Shown: in pieces, positions 35,519-44,710 of the stretch
How the letters are laid out: the number at the start of each line of letters is the position of its first letter
Position numbering within the stretch: the stretch's first letter is position 1
Source: an archaeon
Lineage (GTDB): Archaea > Nanobdellota > Nanobdellia > Woesearchaeales > ARS49
Assembly: GCA_020051845.1 (NCBI GenBank)
Contig: JAGVQG010000056.1
Span: forward strand, 1-59,942
Direction: 5' to 3'
DNA: 59,942 nucleotides
The notes under the pieces: generated by a model
What the model was told of the DNA's origin: nothing
The model's database searches: none
What the model saw: only the letters and a program-made list of their open reading frames with translations
Program-made: the position numbers and the translations under genes

Positions 35519-36682
35519 ATGATGACTGTCTACGATGAATCATTAGCTATGCACGAGAAGCACAGGGGCAAGCTCGAAGTCAAGTCAAAGGTTCCGCTGA
35601 AGGACCGCAAGGATCTTTCTTTGGCATACACTCCTGGAGTGGCTGAGCCCTGCAGGCGAATAGCAGCCAACAAGGAGGATGTCTACAAGTACACGATGAA
35701 GGGCAACAGCGTGGCCGTAGTCTCTGACGGAACAGCTGTGCTCGGCCTCGGCAACATCGGCGGTTACGCCGCCATTCCGGTCATGGAAGGCAAAGCAGTG
35801 CTGTTCAAGGAGCTGGGAGGCATAGACGCCTTCCCTATCTGTCTCGCGTCACAGGACGTCAAGACGACCATAGAGACCGTGCGCAACATCGCGCCCGTGT
35901 TCGGCGGCATCAACCTCGAGGATTTCAAGGCGCCGCAATGTTTTGAGATAGAAGCAGCCCTGCAGGACCTCGGCATCCCTGTGATGCACGATGACCAGCA
36001 CGGAACGGCAGTCGTCGCGCTCGCTGGCCTGATCAACGCACTAAAGGTCGTGAGAAAGGAGATGAAGGACGTGCGCATCGTCTTCAACGGCGCAGGAGCC
36101 GCTGGCACCGCTGTCATGAAACTCATGATCGAAGAGGGCGCGAATGACATAATCATGTGCGACACCAAGGGCATAATCGTCGAGGGTCGTGCTGACCTGC
36201 CTTCGAATCCTGCAAAGGTCGAGATTGCGAAGCTAACCAACAGGAAGAAGATCAAAGGCCAGCTTACCGACGCGATAAAAGGCGCGGATGTCTTCATCGG
36301 CGTCTCTGTCAAAGGCGCGTTGACGCAGGACATGGTCAAGCTGATGGCGAAGAATCCCGTGATTTTCGCTCTTGCCAACCCTGATCCAGAGATCCTTCCA
36401 GATGAAGCGAAAGCGGCAGGAGCGGCTGTGATAGCAACAGGGCGCTCTGATTTCCCGAACCAGGTCAACAACTCACTTGGATTCCCCGGCATCTTCAGGG
36501 GTGCGCTCGACGTACGGGCCACAAGGATAACGACGAAGATGAAGATCGCGGCAGCCAAAGCACTAGCAGGGCTGATAAAGAATCCGACGCCTGACATGAT
36601 CCTTCCACTGGCTCTCGATAAGTCAGTGCCGCCTGCTGTCGCAGAGGCTGTGAAAAAGGCGTGGATTGATGAGATGAGATAG
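35519..36682 (+). CDS. NAD(P)-dependent malic enzyme (short type)
   Basis: LSLAYTPGVAEPC, VVSDGTAVLGLGNIG and FNGAGAAGTA. Confidence 0.9.
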   Translation: MMTVYDESLAMHEKHRGKLEVKSKVPLKDRKDLSLAYTPGVAEPCRRIAANKEDVYKYTMKGNSVAVVSDGTAVLGLGNIGGYAAIPVMEGKAVLFKELGGIDAFPICLASQDVKTTIETVRNIAPVFGGINLEDFKAPQCFEIEAALQDLGIPVMHDDQHGTAVVALAGLINALKVVRKEMKDVRIVFNGAGAAGTAVMKLMIEEGANDIIMCDTKGIIVEGRADLPSNPAKVEIAKLTNRKKIKGQLTDAIKGADVFIGVSVKGALTQDMVKLMAKNPVIFALANPDPEILPDEAKAAGAAVIATGRSDFPNQVNNSLGFPGIFRGALDVRATRITTKMKIAAAKALAGLIKNPTPDMILPLALDKSVPPAVAEAVKKAWIDEMR

Positions 36683-36762
36683 TCAAGCCCACGACAGCTT
36701 AGCCACTCACTATTTCGCTAATCCACAATGTGTATAAAGGGACGTTTCTTGGCGCGCTCAGC

Positions 36763-37761
36763 ATGCTGAAACTTGGGGATGACCGTCATCAATTATGTCG
36801 AAAGAGGTCTTTGGACCTTGATGTGGCTGAGATCCAACAGGAATATTGTTGTGACAGGCTCATGGCTGAGCACATGGTCAAGGTGCAACGATATGCCACG
36901 AATGGCGTCGCTGACATGACCGCGGCCGTGCGCAAGTCATTGCCCGAGGGAGCACACGTCCAAGCCAGCACTCTTGCAGGCATATGCCACGTGTTCGACG
37001 TCTACGGCCACAACCTGGCCGACGCCTTGGACGAGATGGCAGGGATGTGCGAATACCAGAAACGGAGATTCAAACGTGGCTACGCTCGTATGGAGCGCTT
37101 GTTCGGCGACCAGTTCAACCGGATGCGCGACAGCACCAATGCCTACGAATTTTTCATGCCGTTCAGGCTTGAACGCAGCGGTGAGTATCTTGGCACGAAA
37201 AAAATCGACCGTTCAGAACTCCATTGCGCGCTGACAAAAGTCCTCAAAGGCGCGCACGGCCTCGGTTTCAAGAAAGACAGCGATATCGCCCGTTGCGCGA
37301 TAACCTATGTGGACGGTCTCGTTCTCGGCCTAAAGCCTTCTGATCCGGCATTGCACGATTTGCAGCGGAGAGCCAGCGAGAACACCCACTGGAGGTTCAT
37401 TAATTGCGCTTTCAACGACGGGCTTCTGAAAGGGATGCAATATGAGAATGTGCGTCGCGCGTGGGTGGGCGAACTCGATATACTACCCGGCATGCTACGC
37501 AATTATGATAGGCTGGGTAGCAGATACACTCCCTACGAACAGAACCTCGCGCTGTTGTTCGCGACCTTCGTGGCAGCGCCTTGCGCTGACATGGCCCTCA
37601 TTGCTGCCAAGGAGGTGGCCCGGAGCCAGATACTCGGCAAGCACACGTTGAGATCCGAACACGCGTTCTTGGTGAACGCCGTTGTCGAGAAGCATAAGAC
37701 CAGCATCGATGTCGACCGCACAGGGCTTCCTTTGCCTGAGCGCGTCAAGCCGAAGAGATGA
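36763..37761 (+). CDS. hypothetical protein
   Basis: 332 aa from ATG 36763. GTATAAAG at 36731-36738 looks like its TATA box rather than coding sequence. No motif recognised. Confidence 0.55.
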   Translation: MLKLGDDRHQLCRKRSLDLDVAEIQQEYCCDRLMAEHMVKVQRYATNGVADMTAAVRKSLPEGAHVQASTLAGICHVFDVYGHNLADALDEMAGMCEYQKRRFKRGYARMERLFGDQFNRMRDSTNAYEFFMPFRLERSGEYLGTKKIDRSELHCALTKVLKGAHGLGFKKDSDIARCAITYVDGLVLGLKPSDPALHDLQRRASENTHWRFINCAFNDGLLKGMQYENVRRAWVGELDILPGMLRNYDRLGSRYTPYEQNLALLFATFVAAPCADMALIAAKEVARSQILGKHTLRSEHAFLVNAVVEKHKTSIDVDRTGLPLPERVKPKR

Positions 37762-37816
37762 CTTCATCCGGCGCAGCATCGAAAACCAATTAAACACCCG
37801 TTCGTAATCCCATCCC

Positions 37817-38143
37817 ATGATCCAACAACAACTGATAATGGTCGAGACGACTGTAGCCTCTGAGCCTGTCGCTCGAAGAATGGCCGCTGTTCTTATAGAG
37901 AAGAAGGTCGCGGCTTGTGTCAACGTCGAAGGCCCTATCGAGTCGCACTACGCCTGGAAGGGCACTGTGAAGGCCGACAAGGAGTTCATCGTGCGTGCTA
38001 AGACGACGCAGGCGCGCTTGCTTGACTGCATCGAGGCCATAAAGAAGGAGCATCCTTACGAACTGCCTTCGATACTGGCATTGCCCGTGATCGGCGCGAA
38101 CAAGCCCTACGCTGACTGGGTCTCTGAATTCGTCAAGAAGTGA
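37817..38143 (+). CDS. cutA: divalent-cation tolerance protein CutA
   Basis: AACVNVEGPIESHYAWKG...PYELPSILALPV. Confidence 0.88.
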   Translation: MIQQQLIMVETTVASEPVARRMAAVLIEKKVAACVNVEGPIESHYAWKGTVKADKEFIVRAKTTQARLLDCIEAIKKEHPYELPSILALPVIGANKPYADWVSEFVKK

Positions 38144-38145
38144 TC

Positions 38146-38185
38146 TTGTCTTTATTTCATTGTATTCTTCTTTTTATTTGATTTC
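38146..38185 (+). terminator. oligo-T tract after cutA
   Basis: TCTTGTCTTTATTTCATTGTATTCTTCTTTTTATTTGATT. Confidence 0.4.
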
Positions 38186-38200
38186 TGTCTGCATCCAATC

Positions 38201-41200
38201 TCAACTATACGCATAGATGAAGCTCTCCGGATTCTCGTTCTGGTATGATCCTGCCGAGTCCGCACAGATGAATGCATAGCTCTTCTCGCCGTTGGTGTCG
38301 AGCTGCGTCTCACAATGGCTGTCTGTGCAGGTCATGCCCGAGGGTAGTTTGTCGAATGATTGTATGGCCGGTCCGTACTTGCAGATGTAATTTGAAGGCG
38401 TGTTCACGGTGAATTTCGTCGATGCCTTGGTCGCGGGATAGGTTATCGTCTGCGTCATCATGAACGGGCTTACCGTGAAATTGATATCCTCTCCCGGCGA
38501 CAACACGCCTCCTGTGGCTTCCGGCTGTCCTGTCGTGGTTATCTTGAGCAATCCGTGATAGAACGCGAAAGGCCTGTCGCGGCACTTGACATAGACAGTA
38601 TGTGGTCCGCTCACTCCTGTCTCCGTTTCGCACTGTCTTGTCCCGACTCCGCGCATGTCGCATTTCATCGCAGTCATCTCATCGAATGTCTTGTCGTTGT
38701 CCAGCGAGAAGGCGCATTCCGCGGGCTCGCTGAGCAATAGCTTCAACGAAGAAGGCATCGCAGCGGGTGGAGCGGGAGTGACGTTCAAGACACGCACGGG
38801 TATGTTGTCCTGTCGTATCGCTACTTCTATGACTATCTGTTTGGTCGTCGTGCCTTCCTCATCTTCGTCGCACGAGAGATAGAGGCGCAGTTCTGTCGGA
38901 ACCTTACGCAGTGCGTTGAATGTCAACAAAAGATCGACCTTGTTTCCAAGCGTGTTGAACTGCTTGTTCTCTTTGAGCGCGGAACTCAGCGGCTCTCCCC
39001 ACGCATCCTTTGCTTTCTGCAGGTTGACCTGTGCTCGAGGATCCGTTGTCGCGAAACTGAATACGCTATCGAACAGGCTCTTTGTCTCGAATGGATTCGC
39101 GAAGTACGATGCTGCCTTCGAACCCGTGGTCATTGAATTGAACTGACTGGTGTCAGGCACTTCGAAAAGGAGGTCCTGCGATTTCGCGGGTTCGCGCAAG
39201 TCGGGGTTGAACGCGTTGCTTCCTGGAGAGAATGATTCCATCATATAGTCGAAGAATATCTTCGCTCCACCAAGAGCGGACTCTGTTTCTGGATCGTCGG
39301 ATTCTAGCGAGCCTGTGAAACCAGGTATCATGCTCAGCATGCACGTCGCTTCCGAATCAGTCTTCACCGATATGTTGAGCATCTCCCAAGGATTGAGCGG
39401 TTCGACCACACGATATCCTGAGGATGTTGCCTGCACGTTCCTGCCTGGGAACTCGATGGTGATATCAAGTTGTGTGTCGGTGCCTTTCACCACGCATTTC
39501 GGGAAGCCATTGTCATTGGAGAAGACGCATTTGCGTCCTAGCGACTTACAGAGATATTCCGAACATCCGCCTAGCGCGTCTGCGCACATCTCACAACGTT
39601 GCTTCTTGAGCCGCACTGGTGCCTTGTATAACTTGCAATGCGTACTGTGGCGGATCCATAGCGGCACCATGTCCATCAAGACAGCGATAGGATCCTGCGA
39701 TAGCCACCAGTTGATGTATTCCCGTGTCCGATCCTTCATGTAATCAGGATCTCCCTGTGGATAGTTGAAATTGTCTGCCTTGACTCCCTGGAATGCAGGT
39801 ATGTTGAGAGGGACTTTCGGCGCCTTTATGATCTCGTCAAGAGTTGTGGTCATGTATGATTTGGATGGCTTGCCTGTACTGCTCTTGAATCGCTTGTTCG
39901 GTCCGAACTCAGCCATGTTGACCTTGTTTCCACAGTCGCCGAGCGAGTAGCACCATTGCGCCATGGCATTTGCGTGGGCCACTGGCGGCTTCCAGCTGAG
40001 TGCCTGCGAGAACACACCTATGTCCTCGTGCATCTGTTCGTTGCCGACCTGGCATACCAGCTTGCCTGAGGCGGTCCAGTGCTGCAAGCCAGGTCCTACT
40101 ATTGGATTGCATCGGTCGCTGTTGCGCCCAGCAACCTCTGTTGGTGGCGGTGGGACGAATCCTGGCCGCCAGAAGCAGTCGCGCACTGTCGTGTTCTCGC
40201 ACTGCCCAACACTTGCCTGGCTCCAGCAATCCTGCCAGCGGTTGTCGCGGCAACCGGCGACTTCACCATCTTCGACGCAGAACTCCTCCCTGTAGTCCCT
40301 GCATGGCTCCTCGATTATCTCGCCGTCGATGCATGAAAGTTTCACGAAACGGCTTCCCACAAGATCAAGCCCGTTCTTGCGATGGTAACTGTCGCCGCAC
40401 CATTGTTTTCCGTGCGGTAGTATCGTGCCTTCAAGATCGCAGCTCTTGCATGCTTTGCCGTTGCATTTCGTTTCATTGACGAAAGGCGGAACGCAGCGGC
40501 TGTCATTGGCCTCCACGACAATGCCTTTCTTCGAGGTGCATAATGATGCTGGCGCGTTGAAGTAGCAGTCGAAGCCATCATTGCAGTTCTGCAGGTATGT
40601 GACAGGCCTGCGCGGCTCGAGCGGCTTGTCAGCTGTCGACAACCCGCTCTGCGCAACGCGGAAAAAATATTGGCGTCCGACATTGTCCGTGGTGTTGAGC
40701 TCTATGACCGTGTTAGGATATGGCCTGTCGATGTTTATCTTTATGCCTGCGCCGTGCTGTTTCATCCAACTATCCTTGTCCATGTACCCGTTCTGGATCT
40801 CCTGGTTCAAGAGTAAAAGCGCAAGTGAGTGTAGCTTGCCTATCGGAGACTGTGTGCGCTGCGCAAGCTGGTCGAAGCTTATGGTGTCCTGGCCGCGCTT
40901 GAGTTTGATCGGTATCGTCAGTTCGCTCGTGACATCATCGAAGCCTATGATGCTGCTGATCGCGAGCGTTCCTCTGCTCACGACAGTGAATCCCTTCTTC
41001 TCAAGGGGCGCAAGATCGATGCAACCATCCACCAAAGGCGTGATGAGCGTGTCGAATTCCTCGGCGATGTCACGCTTTGTTCGCAGTAGGTTGATGCACC
41101 CTTTCCCATCGACTTCCTGGCAGTATACGCTGTAGGGTTGACCACGATGCACTATGAAAGGCTCCTTCAGCGTACCTCCTTTCTCCGATAGCTTGCGCAG

Positions 41201-41407
41201 GTAAGGTATACTTTGCGAACGGTAACATTCGGTGACTATTCCCTGGAGCTGCGTCGACGGGTCCTCGTTGCGCGCAGTGTCCTCGACAATGGTGTTGGTC
41301 TTCTCGCCACGACCCACCACATAGACAACGGTCCCTACTCCTATGATAAGTATGAGACCTATGATTATGAAAATGGCTATCTGACCTCTTTTGTTCCCCA
41401 TATCCAA
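38201..41407 (-). CDS. large (1068 aa) Cys-rich extracellular protein with a class III (pilin-like) signal-peptide-like N-terminus
   Basis: N-terminus MDMGNKRGQIAIFIIIGLILIIGVG. About 26 Cys counted by eye in the central third. No catalytic motif recognised. Confidence 0.75.
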   Translation of the reverse strand: MDMGNKRGQIAIFIIIGLILIIGVGTVVYVVGRGEKTNTIVEDTARNEDPSTQLQGIVTECYRSQSIPYLRKLSEKGGTLKEPFIVHRGQPYSVYCQEVDGKGCINLLRTKRDIAEEFDTLITPLVDGCIDLAPLEKKGFTVVSRGTLAISSIIGFDDVTSELTIPIKLKRGQDTISFDQLAQRTQSPIGKLHSLALLLLNQEIQNGYMDKDSWMKQHGAGIKINIDRPYPNTVIELNTTDNVGRQYFFRVAQSGLSTADKPLEPRRPVTYLQNCNDGFDCYFNAPASLCTSKKGIVVEANDSRCVPPFVNETKCNGKACKSCDLEGTILPHGKQWCGDSYHRKNGLDLVGSRFVKLSCIDGEIIEEPCRDYREEFCVEDGEVAGCRDNRWQDCWSQASVGQCENTTVRDCFWRPGFVPPPPTEVAGRNSDRCNPIVGPGLQHWTASGKLVCQVGNEQMHEDIGVFSQALSWKPPVAHANAMAQWCYSLGDCGNKVNMAEFGPNKRFKSSTGKPSKSYMTTTLDEIIKAPKVPLNIPAFQGVKADNFNYPQGDPDYMKDRTREYINWWLSQDPIAVLMDMVPLWIRHSTHCKLYKAPVRLKKQRCEMCADALGGCSEYLCKSLGRKCVFSNDNGFPKCVVKGTDTQLDITIEFPGRNVQATSSGYRVVEPLNPWEMLNISVKTDSEATCMLSMIPGFTGSLESDDPETESALGGAKIFFDYMMESFSPGSNAFNPDLREPAKSQDLLFEVPDTSQFNSMTTGSKAASYFANPFETKSLFDSVFSFATTDPRAQVNLQKAKDAWGEPLSSALKENKQFNTLGNKVDLLLTFNALRKVPTELRLYLSCDEDEEGTTTKQIVIEVAIRQDNIPVRVLNVTPAPPAAMPSSLKLLLSEPAECAFSLDNDKTFDEMTAMKCDMRGVGTRQCETETGVSGPHTVYVKCRDRPFAFYHGLLKITTTGQPEATGGVLSPGEDINFTVSPFMMTQTITYPATKASTKFTVNTPSNYICKYGPAIQSFDKLPSGMTCTDSHCETQLDTNGEKSYAFICADSAGSYQNENPESFIYAYS

Positions 41408-41555
41408 GGCTTTCGGGTGCCGGCTGCTTTATAAATGTATGGCATCGCGCCAGAACTCCTTGACGAGAACGACAACGCTATTTGTTGTCACTACGAAGAG
41501 GCAAAAAGAAGAAAGATTTATATAGTAATGTTGCGTATCATGACCTTGAGTGAAG

Positions 41556-42806
41556 ATGGCACAAACACCCGCGCCCTTGAAGAAAGAGCCATATTATACG
41601 ATTCTTGCGTTCGAGAAGCTCGAGCTACAAAAACCGCTCGAGATGATCACGAGCACGATATTATCTGAAAAAGCAGGCGCTCAATCATATGAAGTCTGGC
41701 GCCAGAACCCGCTCAGCATAATGCCAAACGTCCTGGCGTGGGCGTCGATGACCTGCTACGGTGGTTTTCGCAACAGGGTCAGCCCGAAGTTCGAGGAGCA
41801 CTTCGACCTTGACTTCTCATTCTATCCACGCACGCAAAAAAGGATGGAGAATGGCAGCATCCTAGAACAACACCTGTTCGAGAGATGCTCAAAGGATCCT
41901 GACGCTGCGCGAACAAAGGACATAGTGATACAGCTCCGTGAGCGCGACGACCACATGAAATATGATGCGACAAGATTCACGCACGACATCCAAGACCTTC
42001 TGCCCGACGCACTAAAAGATGTGAAACAGAATCTCGGCTTCGCGCCTTATGTTCCAGGAACTATCGATGCTTTCACGCACGCGTTCAGGAACGAGAATTT
42101 TGATGTGGCCACTGCCAAGACCTGTGAGAAAGGGTTGTTCCGACGTGGCATCGATATCGTGGCTGTCAACCTCCTCTACAATAGAGGTTTCATAGAAACA
42201 CTCTGCGACACTAGACGCGGAAACAAAGGCGAACTGACCTATCAAGGGATCAAGGACGCCAAGTGGGTGTTGTTCTTCCCAGAGGACATGTACGAACGCG
42301 ACCTGAAGACGATAGACGGCGTGAAAGGGGATTATGCGCAGCTAGACCCGATACAGAAGATGATCGCGATGAATGTCGCATTGCCAATCATTGCATTCAA
42401 GACGAAGACAGGCTTGTTCACGCCAGTAGGGGCACAAGACAAGAAAGGATCGAGGATCGTTCCCCGATCAAGCGAGACCCAAGTGCTTAGGAAGATATAC
42501 ACCCGCATACCTTCGGTGGCTTTCGACTCCGCGATTCTGATCGACAAGCACATTATTGAGAAGAACAGGACCCATCCTTGGACGATAAATGAATACGAAC
42601 GCCAGAAGACTGAGGTTGATCCTGAGGAGAAGATACCGACAGGACCTCAAGAAACAATTGAAGTCAAGCACGACAATCGTCCGACCGAATTGGAAAGCCC
42701 TCCTGTTGTGCTTCCTGTGAACCCACCCGCTCTTCCCAAACTGCCGAAGTTCTCCGTCAGAGGTCCAAGAAAGACGGCACATCTCCCGTTCGAGGATATC
42801 AAATGA
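41556..42806 (+). CDS. hypothetical protein (416 aa) with Pro-rich C-terminus
   Basis: ATG 41556 is about 32 nt downstream of TATA-like TTTATATAG. The stop overlaps the next gene (ATGA). Confidence 0.6.
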   Translation: MAQTPAPLKKEPYYTILAFEKLELQKPLEMITSTILSEKAGAQSYEVWRQNPLSIMPNVLAWASMTCYGGFRNRVSPKFEEHFDLDFSFYPRTQKRMENGSILEQHLFERCSKDPDAARTKDIVIQLRERDDHMKYDATRFTHDIQDLLPDALKDVKQNLGFAPYVPGTIDAFTHAFRNENFDVATAKTCEKGLFRRGIDIVAVNLLYNRGFIETLCDTRRGNKGELTYQGIKDAKWVLFFPEDMYERDLKTIDGVKGDYAQLDPIQKMIAMNVALPIIAFKTKTGLFTPVGAQDKKGSRIVPRSSETQVLRKIYTRIPSVAFDSAILIDKHIIEKNRTHPWTINEYERQKTEVDPEEKIPTGPQETIEVKHDNRPTELESPPVVLPVNPPALPKLPKFSVRGPRKTAHLPFEDIK

Positions 42807-43708
42807 ACCAAGCCACGATCTCATTGGGGAAGAAAGCCCTATTTTGCGTCAACGCGACGCTCCTCACTGCCGCAGGCTACCTCTGGTACAATCACGCCGA
42901 CGCGCACAAACCAATCAGGATCACTCCGCATATCGCACAAGAACATCAAGCACCCGATCCCAGGACCGACAACTTGCCCGCTGCGACGCAAATCACGACC
43001 GCGCCCGATACGCTTGAAGTCCTCGTGCAGAAACCCGCGACTGTCGATCCGCGTGTCACGACCCTCACGCTCAAAGGTTTCGACGAGTACAACGCACTCG
43101 TTCCGGCCATGCTCAAGGTCTCCGACGAACTTAAATCGAATAGGATCGATGTGCCATCCGAGATCATCGCGCTCACTGTGCTTACAGAGACTTCAGGAAA
43201 GACCGGTCGCGACGGAAAATACCGCGACCGCTACGAGCCGGGATTCCAGAGGAGATATGTCGATCCCCTGTTCGACAAGTGGGACAAGAAAGCAAATGGC
43301 TACGGACTCCACATGGTCCTTGAGAAGATATACAAGAGGATGCAGGAGCAAGGAAGCGAAATCAGCAAAGACGCGTTCAAGGCCATGCTCGCGTCGTCCC
43401 CAGGACCCGCGCAGGTGATTAGACTGACGGCATATGACGATGGTTTCCGAGGTTTGCCGAACGAGCTTGACGACAATGAAGTCAACCTCCGCTGCGCCGC
43501 AATGCACATCTGGAGACAAAGGCACCAGACATCCACGGTTGTCGACAATGATGAAGGACAGCATCGAGTCTACGACCCCCGACTAGTCCTCAGGGCATAC
43601 AACGCAGGCAATGTGGACGCCAAGCCGACAGAAGGCCACGTCGAGCGTGGCATGGATTACTGGACACAGTTGCAGAAGAACACCCTTGCGAATTCCCGTC
43701 GTAGATGA
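42803..43708 (+). CDS. membrane-anchored lysozyme-like / lytic-transglycosylase-like protein
   Basis: N-terminal TM (ALFCVNATLLTAAGYLWY). LTETSG (Glu-Ser-type motif), SSPGPAQV and VLRAYNAGN resemble SLT motifs I-III. RYEPGFQRRY resembles the muramidase FE.H.F element. Confidence 0.45.
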   Translation: MNQATISLGKKALFCVNATLLTAAGYLWYNHADAHKPIRITPHIAQEHQAPDPRTDNLPAATQITTAPDTLEVLVQKPATVDPRVTTLTLKGFDEYNALVPAMLKVSDELKSNRIDVPSEIIALTVLTETSGKTGRDGKYRDRYEPGFQRRYVDPLFDKWDKKANGYGLHMVLEKIYKRMQEQGSEISKDAFKAMLASSPGPAQVIRLTAYDDGFRGLPNELDDNEVNLRCAAMHIWRQRHQTSTVVDNDEGQHRVYDPRLVLRAYNAGNVDAKPTEGHVERGMDYWTQLQKNTLANSRRR

Positions 43709-43804
43709 CACCCGCAGCCAATCTAACCTTTTAATCATCACTACTAAGTGATTAAAACACCGAAATGTTTAAATAGTAGTTATACCACTACACAGTAGAT
43801 ACAA

Positions 43805-44335
43805 ATGGGGGTTATCGTGAGAACAACTCTGTTCATCATCATCGCCTTCGCTTTTGGCATCGCCATCGGCGGAGTACTCCACGGAATGACCGTGGTCGAT
43901 GTTGCTGCAGCACCTTCTCCACAGCAACCCGCAAGCGTATCCACACTCGCGTTCACGTCCACTACGGACATGGCCGCGCCCAGCGACCATATCCCTGAGA
44001 GCGCCATCAGCGTCCTCTCGGACAAGGTCGTCATAGACCTGCCCGGCGCTGTCTGGGCGAAATTCACGCCTTCGGGTTCGATGAAACCGGTGTTCGACAC
44101 CGGCGCGAACGCAATCGAGGTCGTGCCTTCGTCCCCTGGACAGATCAACGTCGGCGACATCGTGTCGTACCAGAGCGACTGGATGGACACGCCGGTCATC
44201 CACCGCGTGATTCAGACAGGCACCGACTCGGAAGGATGGTACGCCGTGATGAAGGGCGACAACAACAGCACGCAGGATCCTGGCAAGGTCAGGTTCCCGC
44301 AGGTGCGTCGCGTCGTCGTCGCGGTCATTTACTGA
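43805..44335 (+). CDS. signal peptidase I, archaeal/eukaryotic Sec11 type
   Basis: N-terminal TM, SGSMKP (catalytic Ser), HRV, and the GDNN motif. Confidence 0.85.
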   Translation: MGVIVRTTLFIIIAFAFGIAIGGVLHGMTVVDVAAAPSPQQPASVSTLAFTSTTDMAAPSDHIPESAISVLSDKVVIDLPGAVWAKFTPSGSMKPVFDTGANAIEVVPSSPGQINVGDIVSYQSDWMDTPVIHRVIQTGTDSEGWYAVMKGDNNSTQDPGKVRFPQVRRVVVAVIY

Positions 44336-44352
44336 AACTCACCACACACCTC

Positions 44353-44650
44353 ACAACAAGACGTTTTGCGTTTTGTTGTATCCCATACTGGATCGCAAGA
44401 TCAAGTATGGGCTTATGCTCACCAAACACCTCTTTTCCTGCGTCGGCAGCCCTCACGGGCTGTCGGCGTAGGTTTTGATCTTGTGAGGTTAACTCACCAA
44501 ACACAACGGAAGCAAAGCTTCCGTGTGCACGGAACCAACGGTTCCGTTGCACAACGAAATGCAAAGCATTTCGTGTGCCAGAAACGCTCCGCGTTTCTCG
44601 GCACCTCTTTTCCTGCGTCGGCAGCCCTCACGGGCTGTCGGCGTAGGTTT
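44353..44650 (+). repeat. array of eight stable hairpins including a 49-nt perfect direct repeat (44427-44475 and 44602-44650)
   Basis: Hairpins paired by hand at 44353-44379, 44382-44411 (GCAA loop), 44437-44472, 44506-44524, 44525-44552, 44554-44574, 44575-44604 and 44612-44647. Confidence 0.75.
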
Positions 44651-44710
44651 ATTTTCAAACCATTACGAACCCTAGAAACCTTCTTATAGCCGCCATCTAG
44701 AACCTGCCGC

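Noticed and set aside
35764-36597. 277-aa minus-strand ORF
   Set aside because: It is antisense to the well-supported malic enzyme gene. The translation is Ser/Ala/Pro low complexity.
44427-44650. Possible CRISPR array (49-nt direct repeat)
   Set aside because: There are only two copies. The 126-nt interval between them is itself made of palindromic hairpins rather than a unique spacer. No further repeats, leader or cas genes are present in the window.
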